Shown: positions 1 to 10,467, counted from the first letter of the stretch. The stretch is 64,000 nt of DNA from an uncultured Acidobacteriota bacterium (GCA_963702425.1 CAVPCQ010000040.1:32001-96000); one strand, 5' to 3'. Notes: generated by a model from the sequence alone, not told the origin. A program made the numbers and translations.

Positions 1-1
1 T

Positions 2-376
2 CGCGGCGACCTCGTGCAGCGGCGCGACTCGGCCGTGCGGACACTGATCAAGCTCGACGGGGACCAGGCCAAGACGTTCGCGCAGCTCGAGGGCCAGTAC
101 GACGCGGAGCTCAAGAAGATCGGAGAGGCCCGCGGAGCGCTCCTGCGCGAGTACGCCAAGGTCTACAAGAACATGACCCCCGATCAGGCGAAGGACATGG
201 CGATCCGCTCCATCAAGCTGGACGAGGAGCGGAACAACCTGCGGCGGAAGTACTTCGACCTCATGTCGGAGAAGATCTCGGTCCTCGTCGCCGGGCAGTT
301 CCTGCAGCTCGAACGCCAGTTCGAGACGCTGATGGACGTCCAGGCCCAGGCCATCGTTCCGCTCGCGGGGGAATAG
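2..376 (+). CDS. Hypothetical helical protein (5' partial)
   Basis: Open frame from the window edge to TAG at 376, host-like codon usage, amphipathic helical sequence. Confidence 0.7.
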   Translation, partial: RGDLVQRRDSAVRTLIKLDGDQAKTFAQLEGQYDAELKKIGEARGALLREYAKVYKNMTPDQAKDMAIRSIKLDEERNNLRRKYFDLMSEKISVLVAGQFLQLERQFETLMDVQAQAIVPLAGE

Positions 377-413
377 TCCGAGGAGGCCGGCCGGCCGTGA
401 CCGGCCTCCTGCG

Positions 414-2000
414 TCAGGGCCCGCCCAGGAGCCCGATCGCCACCTGCGCGCAGACGATCTTCAGGATCGTCATCGACGGGAAGATGGTCGCGAAGGCCAC
501 GTCGATCCGGTCGCTCGGCAGCGTCCGGTTCGCGAAGGCGACGATCGCCGGGTTGCCGGCCGTGCCGGACGCGACCCCGAAGAGGTCGTCGGTGGAGAGT
601 CCGAAGCCGTAGTGCCCCACGAGCAGGACGCACAGCATCGCGGCCAGCACGATCGTCACTCCGACCGCCAGGTGCGTGAGGCCCGTCTGGGCGACCGTCG
701 TGACGAAGGGCGCCCCGACGCTGAGACCGACCGCGGCAAGGAACAGGGTCAACCCGAAGCTGCGGAGCGTCAGGTTCGCCGCCAGTGGGATGTGCCAGGA
801 AAGAGAACCGGTCCTTCCCAGCCGACCGAGGACCAGCGCGACGATCAGCGGGCCGCCCGCGAGTCCCAGGGCGAACGACCCGACGCCGGGAATCGGGACC
901 TTGATCAGGCCGAGCAGGACCCCGAGCGACATCCCCAGGCCGACTGAGACGTACGAGAACTCCGCCGTCGACTTCAGCGAGTCCCCGAAGTAGCGCCGGA
1001 GGGCCGCGAGGTCCTCGCGCGACGCGATCACGCCGACCCGGTCGCCATACTCGAGCACCAGGTCGGCGGCCGGGAGCAGGACCACGTCGCCCCGGCGCAC
1101 CTCGGCGATCTTCGCGTCGGCCCCGTCGGGGAACTCGAGCTGCCCGATCGGCGTGCCCACCACCGCCGAAGACGAAACGAACAACCGCGCGACATCGAGG
1201 GTTCCCCGGTCCGTCGCGATCCGGCCGGGATCGACGCGGCCGAGGGCCAGCCGCGCCCGCTCCAGCGCCTCGGGCAGGCCGAACAGCAGCACGCCGTCTC
1301 CGGCCGCGACCTGGATCGCCGGATCGGGCAGGAGATTCCGGCCCCCCTGGCGAACGGCGACCAGTTCGACCCCGGGTGGCAGTTGCGCGATCAACTCCTC
1401 GACGCTGAGGCTCCGCACCACGGTCAGGGTGATCTCGAGCGGCTGGGCCGGCGCGGGCGCGGGCGCGAGACGCGGAGTGAGCAGGCGTGCGAACGCAACG
1501 AGGCACAGGATCGGGCCGATCACGCCGAAGGGGTACGCGATCGAGTAACCGATCGCAGGATCCTGGCTTCCCGCAGCGTCGATCGCCGCCTGCAGCGTCG
1601 GCGTGCTGGTGAGCGAGCCGGCGAAGAGGCCCATGGCGTACGCCGGAGACATGCCCGCGGCACGGCCCAGCGCCAGCGTCACGGCCAGCGCGGCAAGCAC
1701 TCCCGTCGCGGCCAGCGCGTTCCACCGCAGGCCGGGCCCTTTCAGTCCCGCGAAGAACTGCCTGCCGTATTGGATCCCGATGCTGTAGAGGAACATCGCC
1801 AGCCCGACCGAGCTGAGCAGCCCGGGCGGCGCGGCGTTCGGCGCGATCGCGCCCAGCGCGAGGCCGGCGAACAGCACCGCCCCGACCCCCAGCGAGAACC
1901 CGGCGACCGTGATCTGCCCCAGCGCGTACCCGAGTCCGATCGTGGCGAAGAGCGCCAGCATCGGCGACTGTTCCAGGACAGTGCGAAACGCCTCGAGCAT
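414..2000 (-). CDS. AspT/YidE/YbjL family antiporter with TrkA-C domains
   Basis: Two hydrophobic halves (LFLYSIGIQYG / GSLTSTPTL / YPFG and LFLAAVGL / NPAIVAFA) flank a TrkA-C-like soluble region. ATG at 2000 follows GAGGGGAG. Confidence 0.9.
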   Translation of the reverse strand: MLEAFRTVLEQSPMLALFATIGLGYALGQITVAGFSLGVGAVLFAGLALGAIAPNAAPPGLLSSVGLAMFLYSIGIQYGRQFFAGLKGPGLRWNALAATGVLAALAVTLALGRAAGMSPAYAMGLFAGSLTSTPTLQAAIDAAGSQDPAIGYSIAYPFGVIGPILCLVAFARLLTPRLAPAPAPAQPLEITLTVVRSLSVEELIAQLPPGVELVAVRQGGRNLLPDPAIQVAAGDGVLLFGLPEALERARLALGRVDPGRIATDRGTLDVARLFVSSSAVVGTPIGQLEFPDGADAKIAEVRRGDVVLLPAADLVLEYGDRVGVIASREDLAALRRYFGDSLKSTAEFSYVSVGLGMSLGVLLGLIKVPIPGVGSFALGLAGGPLIVALVLGRLGRTGSLSWHIPLAANLTLRSFGLTLFLAAVGLSVGAPFVTTVAQTGLTHLAVGVTIVLAAMLCVLLVGHYGFGLSTDDLFGVASGTAGNPAIVAFANRTLPSDRIDVAFATIFPSMTILKIVCAQVAIGLLGGP

Positions 2001-2086
2001 GATCACTCCCCTCGCCTGCGCCTGGCGCGCGTGGAAGCCGCTCCGTGAAGGGGGCCGGGTGACGTTCGGCCCCCCACTCTTGCGAT

Positions 2087-3717
2087 TCAGCAGAGCGTCA
2101 GGTTCGCCGCGAGGCCGCCCTCGCTCGTCTCCTTGTACTTGTTGCTCATGTCCCGGCCCGTCTCGGCCATCGTCTCGATCGTCGTGTCGAGGTCGACCCG
2201 GTGCCTGGTCTCGATCTCGTTGCTGGCGATCATGTAGGCGACCCACGCCTTGACGGCGCCGAACGCGCAGCGCTCGATGCAGGGCACCTGCACGTAGCCG
2301 GCCACCGGGTCGCAGGTCAGCCCGAGGTGATGCTCGAGCGCCGACTCGGCGGCGTTCTCGATCACCTGCGGCGGCTGCTCGAAGACCTGGGCGATGAAGG
2401 CGGCCGACATCGCCGACGCGACGCCGATCTCCGCCTGGCAGCCTCCCTCGGCTCCCGACAGGGTCGCGTTGTGCTTGCCCAGGTAGCCGATCGCGGCGGC
2501 GGCCAGCAGCCCCTGCCGGATCTGCTCCTTGGAGATCTTCCGCTTCCCCTCGACGAGCGCCGACACGATCGCCGGCATGACGCCGGCCGAACCGCCGGTG
2601 GGCGCGGTGATCACCAGGTGGCCCCGCGCGTTCTCCTCCGAGGCGGCGAGGGCGAAAGCCGAGACCAGCGCGATCGCGCGGTCGGCCTCGTACTTGTCGT
2701 CCTGCGCCCGGGCATAGACCGTGGCCGCCTTGGAATACAGCTTGATCGGGCCGGGCAGGACGCCTTCCTTGGCCGAGAGCCCGGACTTCACGGTCGCCAG
2801 CATCGCGTTGCCGATCTTGTCGAGGAAGGCGTTGATCTCGGCCTCGGACTTGCCCGAGACGGCGAGCTCGTTGGCCATCATGACCTGCGCGATCGAGAGC
2901 TTGTTGTCCTCGGCGTGCTTTCGAAGCTCTTTCATGGTCGCGTAGGGGTACTTCGGCTGTCCCTTCTTCGGCGGCTGGTACCCCTTCCACTCGATGAACC
3001 CGCCGCCGACCGAGTAGTACTCCTGCTCCAGCAGGACCTGGTCGCCGGCCAGCAGCTTGCACGTCATCGTGTTCGGGTGCGGGAAGTCGCCCTTGGGGTT
3101 GTCGTAGATCACGTCGGCAAGCGAGAGCTGGAACGTCTTCTCGCCCAGCTTCACCGGGTACGACTGCTCGGGCTTCGCCGCCATCTCGTCGAGGAACAGC
3201 GGATCGACGGTCGCCGGCTCCTTGCCGAGCAGGCCGGCCAGCGTCGCACGCTCGGTGCCGTGGCCCTTGCCCGTGGCGCTCAGGCTGCCGAAGAGGTGGA
3301 CCTTGAGTCCCGTCGCCTTCGCCAGCTGCTCGGGCGGCAGCTTGGTGCAGCGCTGGTAGAAGTCGTAGCTGATCCGCATGGGGCCGATCGTGTGGGAGCT
3401 CGACGGTCCGGGGCCCACCTTGTAGAACTCCTCGAGGACGGTCATGACCGGGCCCTTGGACCGCGCGACCACGTCGAGGTCCTGTGCCATCGCCGATCCC
3501 AGGCCCTTCGGCTTGGGCGGCGGCGGGGCTGCGGCGGCGCGGCCGCCTCCTTCGCGGCCTGCGCGGTGCGCTCCTCGCGCGACGTGTCGCACCCGGTCAT
3601 CACGGCCGCGGCCCCGATGACCGCGCTGCGCATCAGGAACGCCCGGCGATCGGTCCCCTCCGGCGCCGCGTCGGCTGCCGGGTTGGAGGAAAACGGCGTG
3701 CTTACTGGGGGCTTCAT
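2087..3717 (-). CDS. sdaA: Fe-S L-serine ammonia-lyase with N-terminal twin-arginine/lipoprotein signal (frameshift near 3540)
   Basis: GPGPSSSHTIGP, GSLSATGKGHGT, YSVGGG, APTGGSAG, GGCQAEIG and LGLTCDPVAGYVQVPCIER motifs. The leader DRRAFLMRSAVIGAAAVMTGC lies in the adjacent frame. Confidence 0.88.
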
Positions 3718-3761
3718 GATGGGGCTCCTTTTCGCGCCGGCGCGGCGATCGCGCCGCGGTC

Positions 3762-6102
3762 TCAATCCTGGCTCTGGATCCCGTCGAGGTACCCTCGGAC
3801 GCCGGTCTGCACGTGCGCCGCGTTGGCCTCGTCGGTGTCGATGTGCATGGCGAGGGCGTAGCTCGGGTCGACGCGCACGAGGACGTCGCCGAAGACCAGT
3901 TCCCGGTCCCCTTCGACGCGGACGCGAACGAACGCCTTGTCGCGGACGCCGTACCGGAGGGCGTCGGCCGGCGTCATGTGAATGTGGCGCAGCGCGCAGA
4001 TCACGCCCCGCTCGAGCGTCACGCTCCCGGCCGGCCCCTCCAGCGTGCAGCCCGGCGTGTCCTTGACGTCGCCGCTCTCGCGGATCGGCGGCTGCAGGCC
4101 GAGCTTGAACTGCTCGGTCATCGCGATCTCGACCTGCGTCGCCTTCCGCGTCGGTCCGAGGATCCGCACGCGCTCGATCCGGCCCTTGGGCCCGACGATC
4201 GTGACCTGCTCCTTGCAGGCGAACTGTCCGGGCTGGGAGAGATCGGCGTGCCGGGTGAGCTGCTGTCCCGGTCCGAACAGGGCCTCGACGTGCTCCTGCG
4301 TCAGGTGGATGTGGTGCGCGGAGACCTCGACCAGGAAGGGCTGCTGCTGCCGGGCCTCGAGTGCCTTGCCGATGTACGACCGGCTCAATGCCCGCAGCGC
4401 TTCGCGCGCCATCATGCGTTCTTCGTCGGCCGGGATGACCAGCACGGTCACACGCGAGTCGTCCGTGGAGATCCGGCAGGTCTCCTCGAACCCCCGGGCG
4501 GCCCGATTCCGCTCGTCGTCCAGACGGACCCCCATCACCCCGAGACCCTGCAGCGCGAGCGCCCGGACCTCGGCGCTCCCCTGCCCGACGCCGCCCGTGA
4601 AGGCGATGACGTCCAGCCCTCCCATCGCGGCGACGTAGGCACCGATGTACTTCCGCACGCGGTAGCAGTAGGCCTTGAGGGCCACCAGCGCCCGCGGCTC
4701 ACCGGCCTCGGCAGCCTTCAGGACTTCGCGCATGTCGCTCGAGATCCCGGACATCCCGAGCAGGCCGCTCTTCTTGTTGAGGATCTCCTCGCTCTGGGTG
4801 GCCGTGAGGCCCTCGGTGCGCTCGAGGAACGCCAGGACCCCGGCGTCCACGTCACCGCAACGCGTGCCCATGATCAGTCCCTCGGCGGGGGTGAATCCCA
4901 TCGTCGTGTCCACCGACCGCCCGTGGTCCAGGGCGCACAGCGACGCACCGTTGCCGAGGTGGCAGCTCACGATCTCGAGCTCGTTCGGGCGCCGGCCGAG
5001 ATACTCGGCGGCGCGCAGGCTGACGTAGGCGTGCGACGTTCCGTGAAACCCGTACCGGCGGACGCCCTTCTTCTCGTAGAACTCGTGGGGCAGGCCGTAG
5101 AGGAAGGCGTAGGACGGGAGCGTGTGGTGAAACGCCGTGTCGAAGACGGCGAAGTGCGGTGCGGCGGGGAAGAGCCGGCGCATTTCTCGGATGCCGGCCA
5201 GGTTCACCGGGTTGTGCAGCGGGGCGAGCGGGCTCAGCGCCTCGAGCTGCTCGAGTACCTCATCCGTGACGAGCGTCGCCTCGGTGAACCGCTCGCCTCC
5301 GTGCACGACGCGGTGAGCCACGACGACTGACCTCGCCCGCGCCGGCGATGACGCGCGCCTCCGTCGTCGTGAGCGCTTCCACCATCGCGCGGAAGGCCTC
5401 GGCGAAGCCGGCGCGGGGAAGCTCTCGCCGCACCTCGCCGCTCGGCCCGCGGTGCACGTGCAGCGTTCCCTCGATGCCGATGCGCTCGACCTGGCCGCGC
5501 GCCTGGCGCGACTCGTCGGCCGTGTCGTAGAACGAGTACTTGAGCGACGAGGAGCCGCAGTTGATGACGAGGATCTTCTCGGGCCGCTCTCCCCGGAGAC
5601 TGAGACCGTAGGGATCGGCGCTCTGGCGCAGCGCGGCGGCGGCGGCCGCCGGATTCGCCGTCACCTCCTTGAAGCGATCGGCGATCGTGCGCGAGATCTG
5701 CTGCACCGCGGCCGGCTCGGCGACGATCACGGACTGGAAGAGCGACACCGGGATGCAGAGCACCTGGCTGCGCGACTCGGCGATCAAGTCGGCGAGCATC
5801 CGGTCGCCGGTCATCAGCGCCAGCTCGCCGAAGGTCCCGCCGGCTTCCAGCCGGCCGAGCGTCTGTCGAACGCCTCCCTCGCCGAACGCCGACGCGGAGA
5901 CCGCGCCGCTGAGGACGACGCCGAGAAGCGTCGCCTCGGCACCGTGATGCAGGATCGCTTCGTTGGGCTCGAACGACGCGACACGCGAACCACGCACGAG
6001 TTCGCCGAGTCGCTCGTCGGAGAAGTCGGCGAACAGAGGAACGCGCGTTTTCAGGAAGCGGACGATGTCGCCGGGGCTACTCAGCGGTCGATCGGTCGGC
6101 AT
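3762..6102 (-). CDS. ackA: cNMP-binding domain + acetate/propionate kinase + PduL phosphotransacylase fusion (frameshift near 5326)
   Basis: cNMP domain (FGELAL); AckA motifs INCGSSSLK, HRVVHGG, APLHNP, FDTAFH, RYGFHGTSH, HLGNGAS; C-terminal PduL motifs VSAHHIHL, LSQPGQF, RHIHM, MHIDTDEANA. Confidence 0.88.
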
Positions 6103-6533
6103 GGGGGTCGTGCTCCTCGCTCGAGCAGATCGGGGGTGCGATCCGCGCGGTCGAAACGTGGTGAGGCGGCGCTCGGGACAGGCACGCCGACGAGTTTCCC
6201 ACGGGAAGGCGTTGCACGGGAAGGTCGAGTTGCGAGGACATTCCCTTCCTTCGCTCCGCGCCCGCTCCAGTTCCGCCAGGGGAGCGCGCCCGGCGTCTGC
6301 CTCAACTTTCGCCACCTCAGTCGGGAATGGCCTGGGCTGCACCGGGGCGACGCCGACACAGGGGAGTTACGAGGTCCTTGCCGGGACTACCCCCGGGCGG
6401 CAGGGGAGGGCCTCCCTCCCCCAGCCTCGAGGCGGATCGCTCACGGCTGGCGGTCTACTTCGGCCCTGATTCCCGCGGGGGACACTCCCATCAACTCGGC
6501 TATCATCGCCAGGTAGCGGAGGAGGACTCCCGC

Positions 6534-7208
6534 TTGGCCGCTTTCCGCAACGCGATCTCGAGCAAGTACCTCGACCCGGCGTCGAGCCTGAGCGAGGTCC
6601 TGTTCGGCCTGATCATGACCCTCACCTTCACGCTGGGGGCGGGGCTGACGCTCCAGGAAGAGGGCCGCGAGGGGGCCCGCGAGCTGCTGATCGCGACGAT
6701 CGGCTGCAACATCGCCTGGGGCGTGATCGACGGCGTGCTCTACATCGTCAGCCGGCTCTTCGAGCGCGGCCGGCGCAAACGGCTGGCGCGGGCGGTCCAG
6801 GAAGCGAAGGGCGACGCGGAGGCCATCGCGCTGGTGGCCGGCGAGTACGACGAGCTGCTGGGCGAGGTGACGAGCGCCGAGGAGCGGCGGGGCCTGTACC
6901 AGCGGGTGGTCGACAACCTGCGCTCGGGAACGGTTCCGCCGAACCGCATGACCGGAGCCGACGCCATGGGGGCGATCGCGAGCTTCTGGCTGGTCTTCCT
7001 CGCCAGCCTGCCGGCCGCGATCCCGTTCTTCTTCATCGACGACGCCCGGCGGGCCCTGCGCATCTCCAACCTGCTCCTGCTCGCGCTGCTCTTCGTGACG
7101 GGGCACGCGTGGGGACGCTACGCGGTCGCCCGGCCGTGGGTCGCGGGGCTGGTCTTCCTGCTCGGCGGGTCGGCCTTGGTCGTCGCGACGATCGCGCTGG
7201 GAGGTTGA
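6534..7208 (+). CDS. VIT1/CCC1-like membrane protein
   Basis: TTG after GGAGGA; EVLFGLIMTLTFT, GCNIAWGVIDG and several C-terminal TM helices. Confidence 0.7.
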   Translation: MAAFRNAISSKYLDPASSLSEVLFGLIMTLTFTLGAGLTLQEEGREGARELLIATIGCNIAWGVIDGVLYIVSRLFERGRRKRLARAVQEAKGDAEAIALVAGEYDELLGEVTSAEERRGLYQRVVDNLRSGTVPPNRMTGADAMGAIASFWLVFLASLPAAIPFFFIDDARRALRISNLLLLALLFVTGHAWGRYAVARPWVAGLVFLLGGSALVVATIALGG

Positions 7209-7214
7209 GGCGCG

Positions 7215-7919
7215 ATGAGCGGCAGGTACAAGCACCGCTGGCCCGTCCTCCACGCCCTGACGCAGTTCTGGGGCCAGGACCGGGGCCTCTCCGTCGTCCT
7301 CGCCCTGCTGATCGTCTCGATCTTCGTGCTGCCGCCGTTCCTGTCGCCCGGCAGCGGTCGCAGCGCGATCGGCGACGCTCTCTTCGCGATGATGCTGATC
7401 GCCGGCGTGCGCGCGCTCTTCGCGTGGAAGTTCGCGCGCTACGTCCTGATGCCCGTCGCGGCGATCTCGGTCTCGGTGGAAGCCGCGAGTTGGATCATGT
7501 CGGTCCCGCGCCCCTGGGTCCAGGCGTCCACCCTGCTCGCCCTCCTGCTGCTCCTGGTCATCGTCGTGGCCCAGACCTTCCGCAGCGGGCCGATCACGGT
7601 TCACCGGATCATGGGCGGGGTCGCGGCCTACCTGCTGCTCGGCGTGATCTGGGCCGAGGCCTACGCCCTGGTCGAGATGCTCCATTCCGGCGCGTTTCTG
7701 GGGCCCGTCCACGTCGCGGACGGCCCGCGGGCCTGGCTCTACTTCAGCTTCGTGACGCTGGCGACGGTCGGCTACGGAGATGTCCTGCCGGTCCACCCGC
7801 TGGCGCGATCGCTCGCGATGCTCGAGGCCGTCACGGGCTCGCTGTTCCTCACGATCCTGCTGGCCCGCCTCGTCACGCTCGCGACGATGGCCGGGCGAAA
7901 CGGGGACAGCAACCGTTAG
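7215..7919 (+). CDS. Potassium channel family protein (Ion_trans_2)
   Basis: YFSFVTLATVGYGD selectivity filter and multiple TM helices. Confidence 0.9.
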   Translation: MSGRYKHRWPVLHALTQFWGQDRGLSVVLALLIVSIFVLPPFLSPGSGRSAIGDALFAMMLIAGVRALFAWKFARYVLMPVAAISVSVEAASWIMSVPRPWVQASTLLALLLLLVIVVAQTFRSGPITVHRIMGGVAAYLLLGVIWAEAYALVEMLHSGAFLGPVHVADGPRAWLYFSFVTLATVGYGDVLPVHPLARSLAMLEAVTGSLFLTILLARLVTLATMAGRNGDSNR

Positions 7920-7969
7920 TCGGTAAGTCGGTCCGAATCGGGGACAGCTACTGTAAGTCGGTTAGTCGG
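7901..7969. repeat. Imperfect 31-bp direct repeat with GGGGACAG core, period 38 bp
   Basis: cggggacagcaaccgttagtcggtaagtcgg (7901-7931) vs cggggacagctactgtaagtcggttagtcgg (7939-7969). Confidence 0.7.
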
Positions 7970-7980
7970 GAGCTGCGACC

Positions 7981-8625
7981 CTACTCGGCCCCGACCTCGT
8001 AGACCGCGAGGCACCCGGCGGCGTAGCGGACGCGCGCCGGGGCGCGCACGACCGCGTTGCTGATCCCCTCGCGCACTCCCAGCGCCAGCGTCGCCCCGGC
8101 GAGCGGCCAGCGCAGGCCGTCGGTTTCGATCCCGGTCGCGCGCGGGAGTGGGAGCAGCGAGAGCTTCGAGCCGGGCGGGAGGTCGAGGTCGCACCACGTT
8201 CCCCGAGGAAGCACGCGGAGGCGCCCGTGCGCGTCCTCGGCCTCGAGCTGCAGCCGGTCGGCGAAGCGCGCGAACAGCGACAGGTGCCCGAAGAAGTGGT
8301 CCCAGCGCCGCCCCGCCGCGCCGAGCACGACGGCGCGCTCGAAGCCGCGCCGCGCCGCCTCCAGCAGCGCCTTCTCGAGGTCGGTCGTCTCCTGGTCGGG
8401 GACCGGCAGCCGCTCGATCGTCGCGGGGAGCGCGGCGATCCCCGGGCCGCGCGTATCGATCGAGTCCATGTCGCCGATCACCGCGTCCGGCGTCACCCCG
8501 GCCGCGAGCGCCGTTCCGACCGCCCCGTCGGCGCAGACGAACCAGTCGGCGGCCGCGGCGCGGGCCGCGAGCAGCGCCGGGTCGGGCGCGTCGCCGTGGA
8601 CGAGGACGAGGGCGGTGCGGGGCAC
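7981..8625 (-). CDS. thiN: Thiamine pyrophosphokinase
   Basis: CADGA, IGDMDS, DQETTDLEKAL, GRRWDH, GLRWPL and GISN motifs. Confidence 0.92.
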   Translation of the reverse strand: MPRTALVLVHGDAPDPALLAARAAAADWFVCADGAVGTALAAGVTPDAVIGDMDSIDTRGPGIAALPATIERLPVPDQETTDLEKALLEAARRGFERAVVLGAAGRRWDHFFGHLSLFARFADRLQLEAEDAHGRLRVLPRGTWCDLDLPPGSKLSLLPLPRATGIETDGLRWPLAGATLALGVREGISNAVVRAPARVRYAAGCLAVYEVGAE

Positions 8626-8729
8626 GGGGAGGATGATAGCGCGGGGTTGGGTCAGCGTAGCGCTGAGCTCGCTCGGATGCGGCTCCTGAGGCTCGACCAG
8701 CTCATGCTTCTCGCGCTACAACCTCACGG

Positions 8730-8978
8730 TCAGCCGAGGCCTTCGGCGGCGAGATGGCCGAGCTCCTTCGACTCGACCAGGACAGAGGCCCGCGTGGTGG
8801 CCGACGCACGGCGATAGGCCTCGCGCAGGCTGTCGCGATCGGTCGTGTCCTTGAGGAGCTGTAGCCCGCGCCGGACGACCTCGATCCTGCTCTTTGCGCC
8901 AAGCTCAGCCTGTAGCGCCACGATGAGCCCGAGTTCTTCGGGCGAAAGACAGATGCGAGATTTCGTGTTCGGCCTCAT
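8730..8978 (-). CDS. Ribbon-helix-helix-like putative antitoxin, no intact cognate toxin
   Basis: 82 aa; SRIEVVRRGLQLL...LREAYRRAS...LAAEGL resembles type II antitoxins. Confidence 0.55.
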   Translation of the reverse strand: MRPNTKSRICLSPEELGLIVALQAELGAKSRIEVVRRGLQLLKDTTDRDSLREAYRRASATTRASVLVESKELGHLAAEGLG

Positions 8979-9118
8979 GACCCGATCATGGTGCAGCTGC
9001 GGGCAGGAATCGACCAGGAGACGTGGACGGTGACCGATTCGATCGGGGCCAGGCCCGGTGGAACCGTGGCGTCGCTGCCTCCCCGCCCTACCGTCCCGGT
9101 TCCCCGCCGCCCCCGCAG

Positions 9119-9437
9119 TGCCTCGAGCGGGGCGACGTGATCGTCACGACCGGGATCGTGCTCCAGGAACTGCTCCAGGGTTTCCAGGGGCCGACCGCCG
9201 CGCGGTGGATCGTGAAGGAGTTCTCGCTGCTCCCCGTTCTCGCACCGGAGATCGAGGATCACATCGAGGCCGCCGCACTCCGCAACCACTGCCGACGTCA
9301 CGGCGTCCAGGATCGGAACGATCGACGCCCTGCTGGCCCAGCTGTGCCTCCGGCACGGACTTCGCCTGCTGACAGCCGACCGCGACTTCGAGGCGATGGC
9401 GCAGCACTGCCCCCTCGCCCTCCTGCGCCCGAGCTGA
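9119..9437 (+). pseudogene. PIN-domain (VapC-like) toxin remnant, N-terminus missing, frameshift near 9311
   Basis: TTGIVLQELLQG...AAALRNHCRRHGVQ, then shifted frame IGTIDALLAQLCLRHGLRLLTADRDFEAM. The N-terminal DTS motif is absent. Confidence 0.75.
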
Positions 9438-9452
9438 GCGGAGACCCGCCCC

Positions 9453-9860
9453 CTACACCCGCCCCTTCAGCTCTTCCGGCAGCGGAATCGGCCGCTTGCT
9501 CTCGATCTCGACGAAGTACCCCGTCTGCCGCGCCGTCGCCGCGACGCGGTCTTCCGTCACGATCTCCGCCGCCACGACCCACTGCGCGCGCTTCGTCTCC
9601 GGCACCCACATCCGCCCGACGACGCGGTCGAACATCCGCACCGGCCAGCGGTAGTCGATCTCGGTGCGCGAGAGCACCGGCGCGATCCCGCGCGCGAGCG
9701 CGGTCTTGAGCGGGAAGTGCTCGTCGAGCAGCTTGTTGCGCAGGTCCTCGAGCCAGCGGATGTAGACCGCGTTGTGGACGATCCCGACGAAGTCGACGTC
9801 GTAGGTGCTGACCCGGAACGGCAGCTCGACCAGCATCCGCCGCGCCTCCGGCGCGGTCAC
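9453..9860 (-). CDS. Acyl-CoA thioesterase (4HBT hot-dog fold)
   Basis: YDVDFVGIVHNAVYIRWLE motif; GTGA overlap with the upstream GNAT gene. Confidence 0.88.
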   Translation of the reverse strand: MTAPEARRMLVELPFRVSTYDVDFVGIVHNAVYIRWLEDLRNKLLDEHFPLKTALARGIAPVLSRTEIDYRWPVRMFDRVVGRMWVPETKRAQWVVAAEIVTEDRVAATARQTGYFVEIESKRPIPLPEELKGRV

Positions 9861-10426
9861 GCCCCGTCCTCGTCGGGCCGCGGGCGCTCCGCCCCCGGCC
9901 ATGGTCCCGGCGGCAGGGCCGGCACGTTCTGCACGACCGTCTCCTCCTTGAAGAGCCGGAAGCCGCGCGCCTTGTAGTTGGCGACCGCACCGGGGTGGTC
10001 GAGCGAGCAGGTGTGCAGCCAGACCCGCGCGCCGCCGATCTGCCGCGCGCGGCGCGTCGCCGCGGTCAGCAGCCAGCCGCCGAGCCCCTGCCCGACGAAC
10101 TGCGGCAGCAGGCCGATGTAGACGATCTCGACGCTCCCCGCCTCCTGCGCCTCCAGCTCGAAGTAGCCGGCCGGCGTCCCCTTGACCCAGAGGCACCAGG
10201 TCTCGAGCTCGGGCCGCGTGAGCCACTCCTGCCACTGCCGGTAGGTCCAGGAGAGGCGATCGATCCAGTACCAGTCGCCGCCAACGGCGGCGTACATGGA
10301 GCGGTTGAACTCCGGCGACGCGATCTCGACCTGCCGCACTTCCACCTCGGGCGGCGGCTCGGTGACGGGGCGGAAGTCGAGCGGGTCGCGCAGCTCGAGG
10401 TGCCAGATGGTGACGGTGCGGCGCAT
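9857..10426 (-). CDS. GNAT N-acetyltransferase
   Basis: YIGLLPQFVGQGLGGWLL acetyl-CoA motif; VWLHTCSLDHP..NYKARGF. Confidence 0.9.
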   Translation of the reverse strand: MRRTVTIWHLELRDPLDFRPVTEPPPEVEVRQVEIASPEFNRSMYAAVGGDWYWIDRLSWTYRQWQEWLTRPELETWCLWVKGTPAGYFELEAQEAGSVEIVYIGLLPQFVGQGLGGWLLTAATRRARQIGGARVWLHTCSLDHPGAVANYKARGFRLFKEETVVQNVPALPPGPWPGAERPRPDEDGA

Positions 10427-10467
10427 CGCGTCAGCCTAGCCCGGACCGCGCGCGCCGACCAGCCTCC

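Noticed and set aside
6110-6530. Mn-sensing yybP-ykoY riboswitch upstream of the VIT-like gene
   Set aside because: Only a GGGGAGT fragment and a short cacgggaagg repeat are visible; the rest of the consensus was not found. An Infernal search would be needed.
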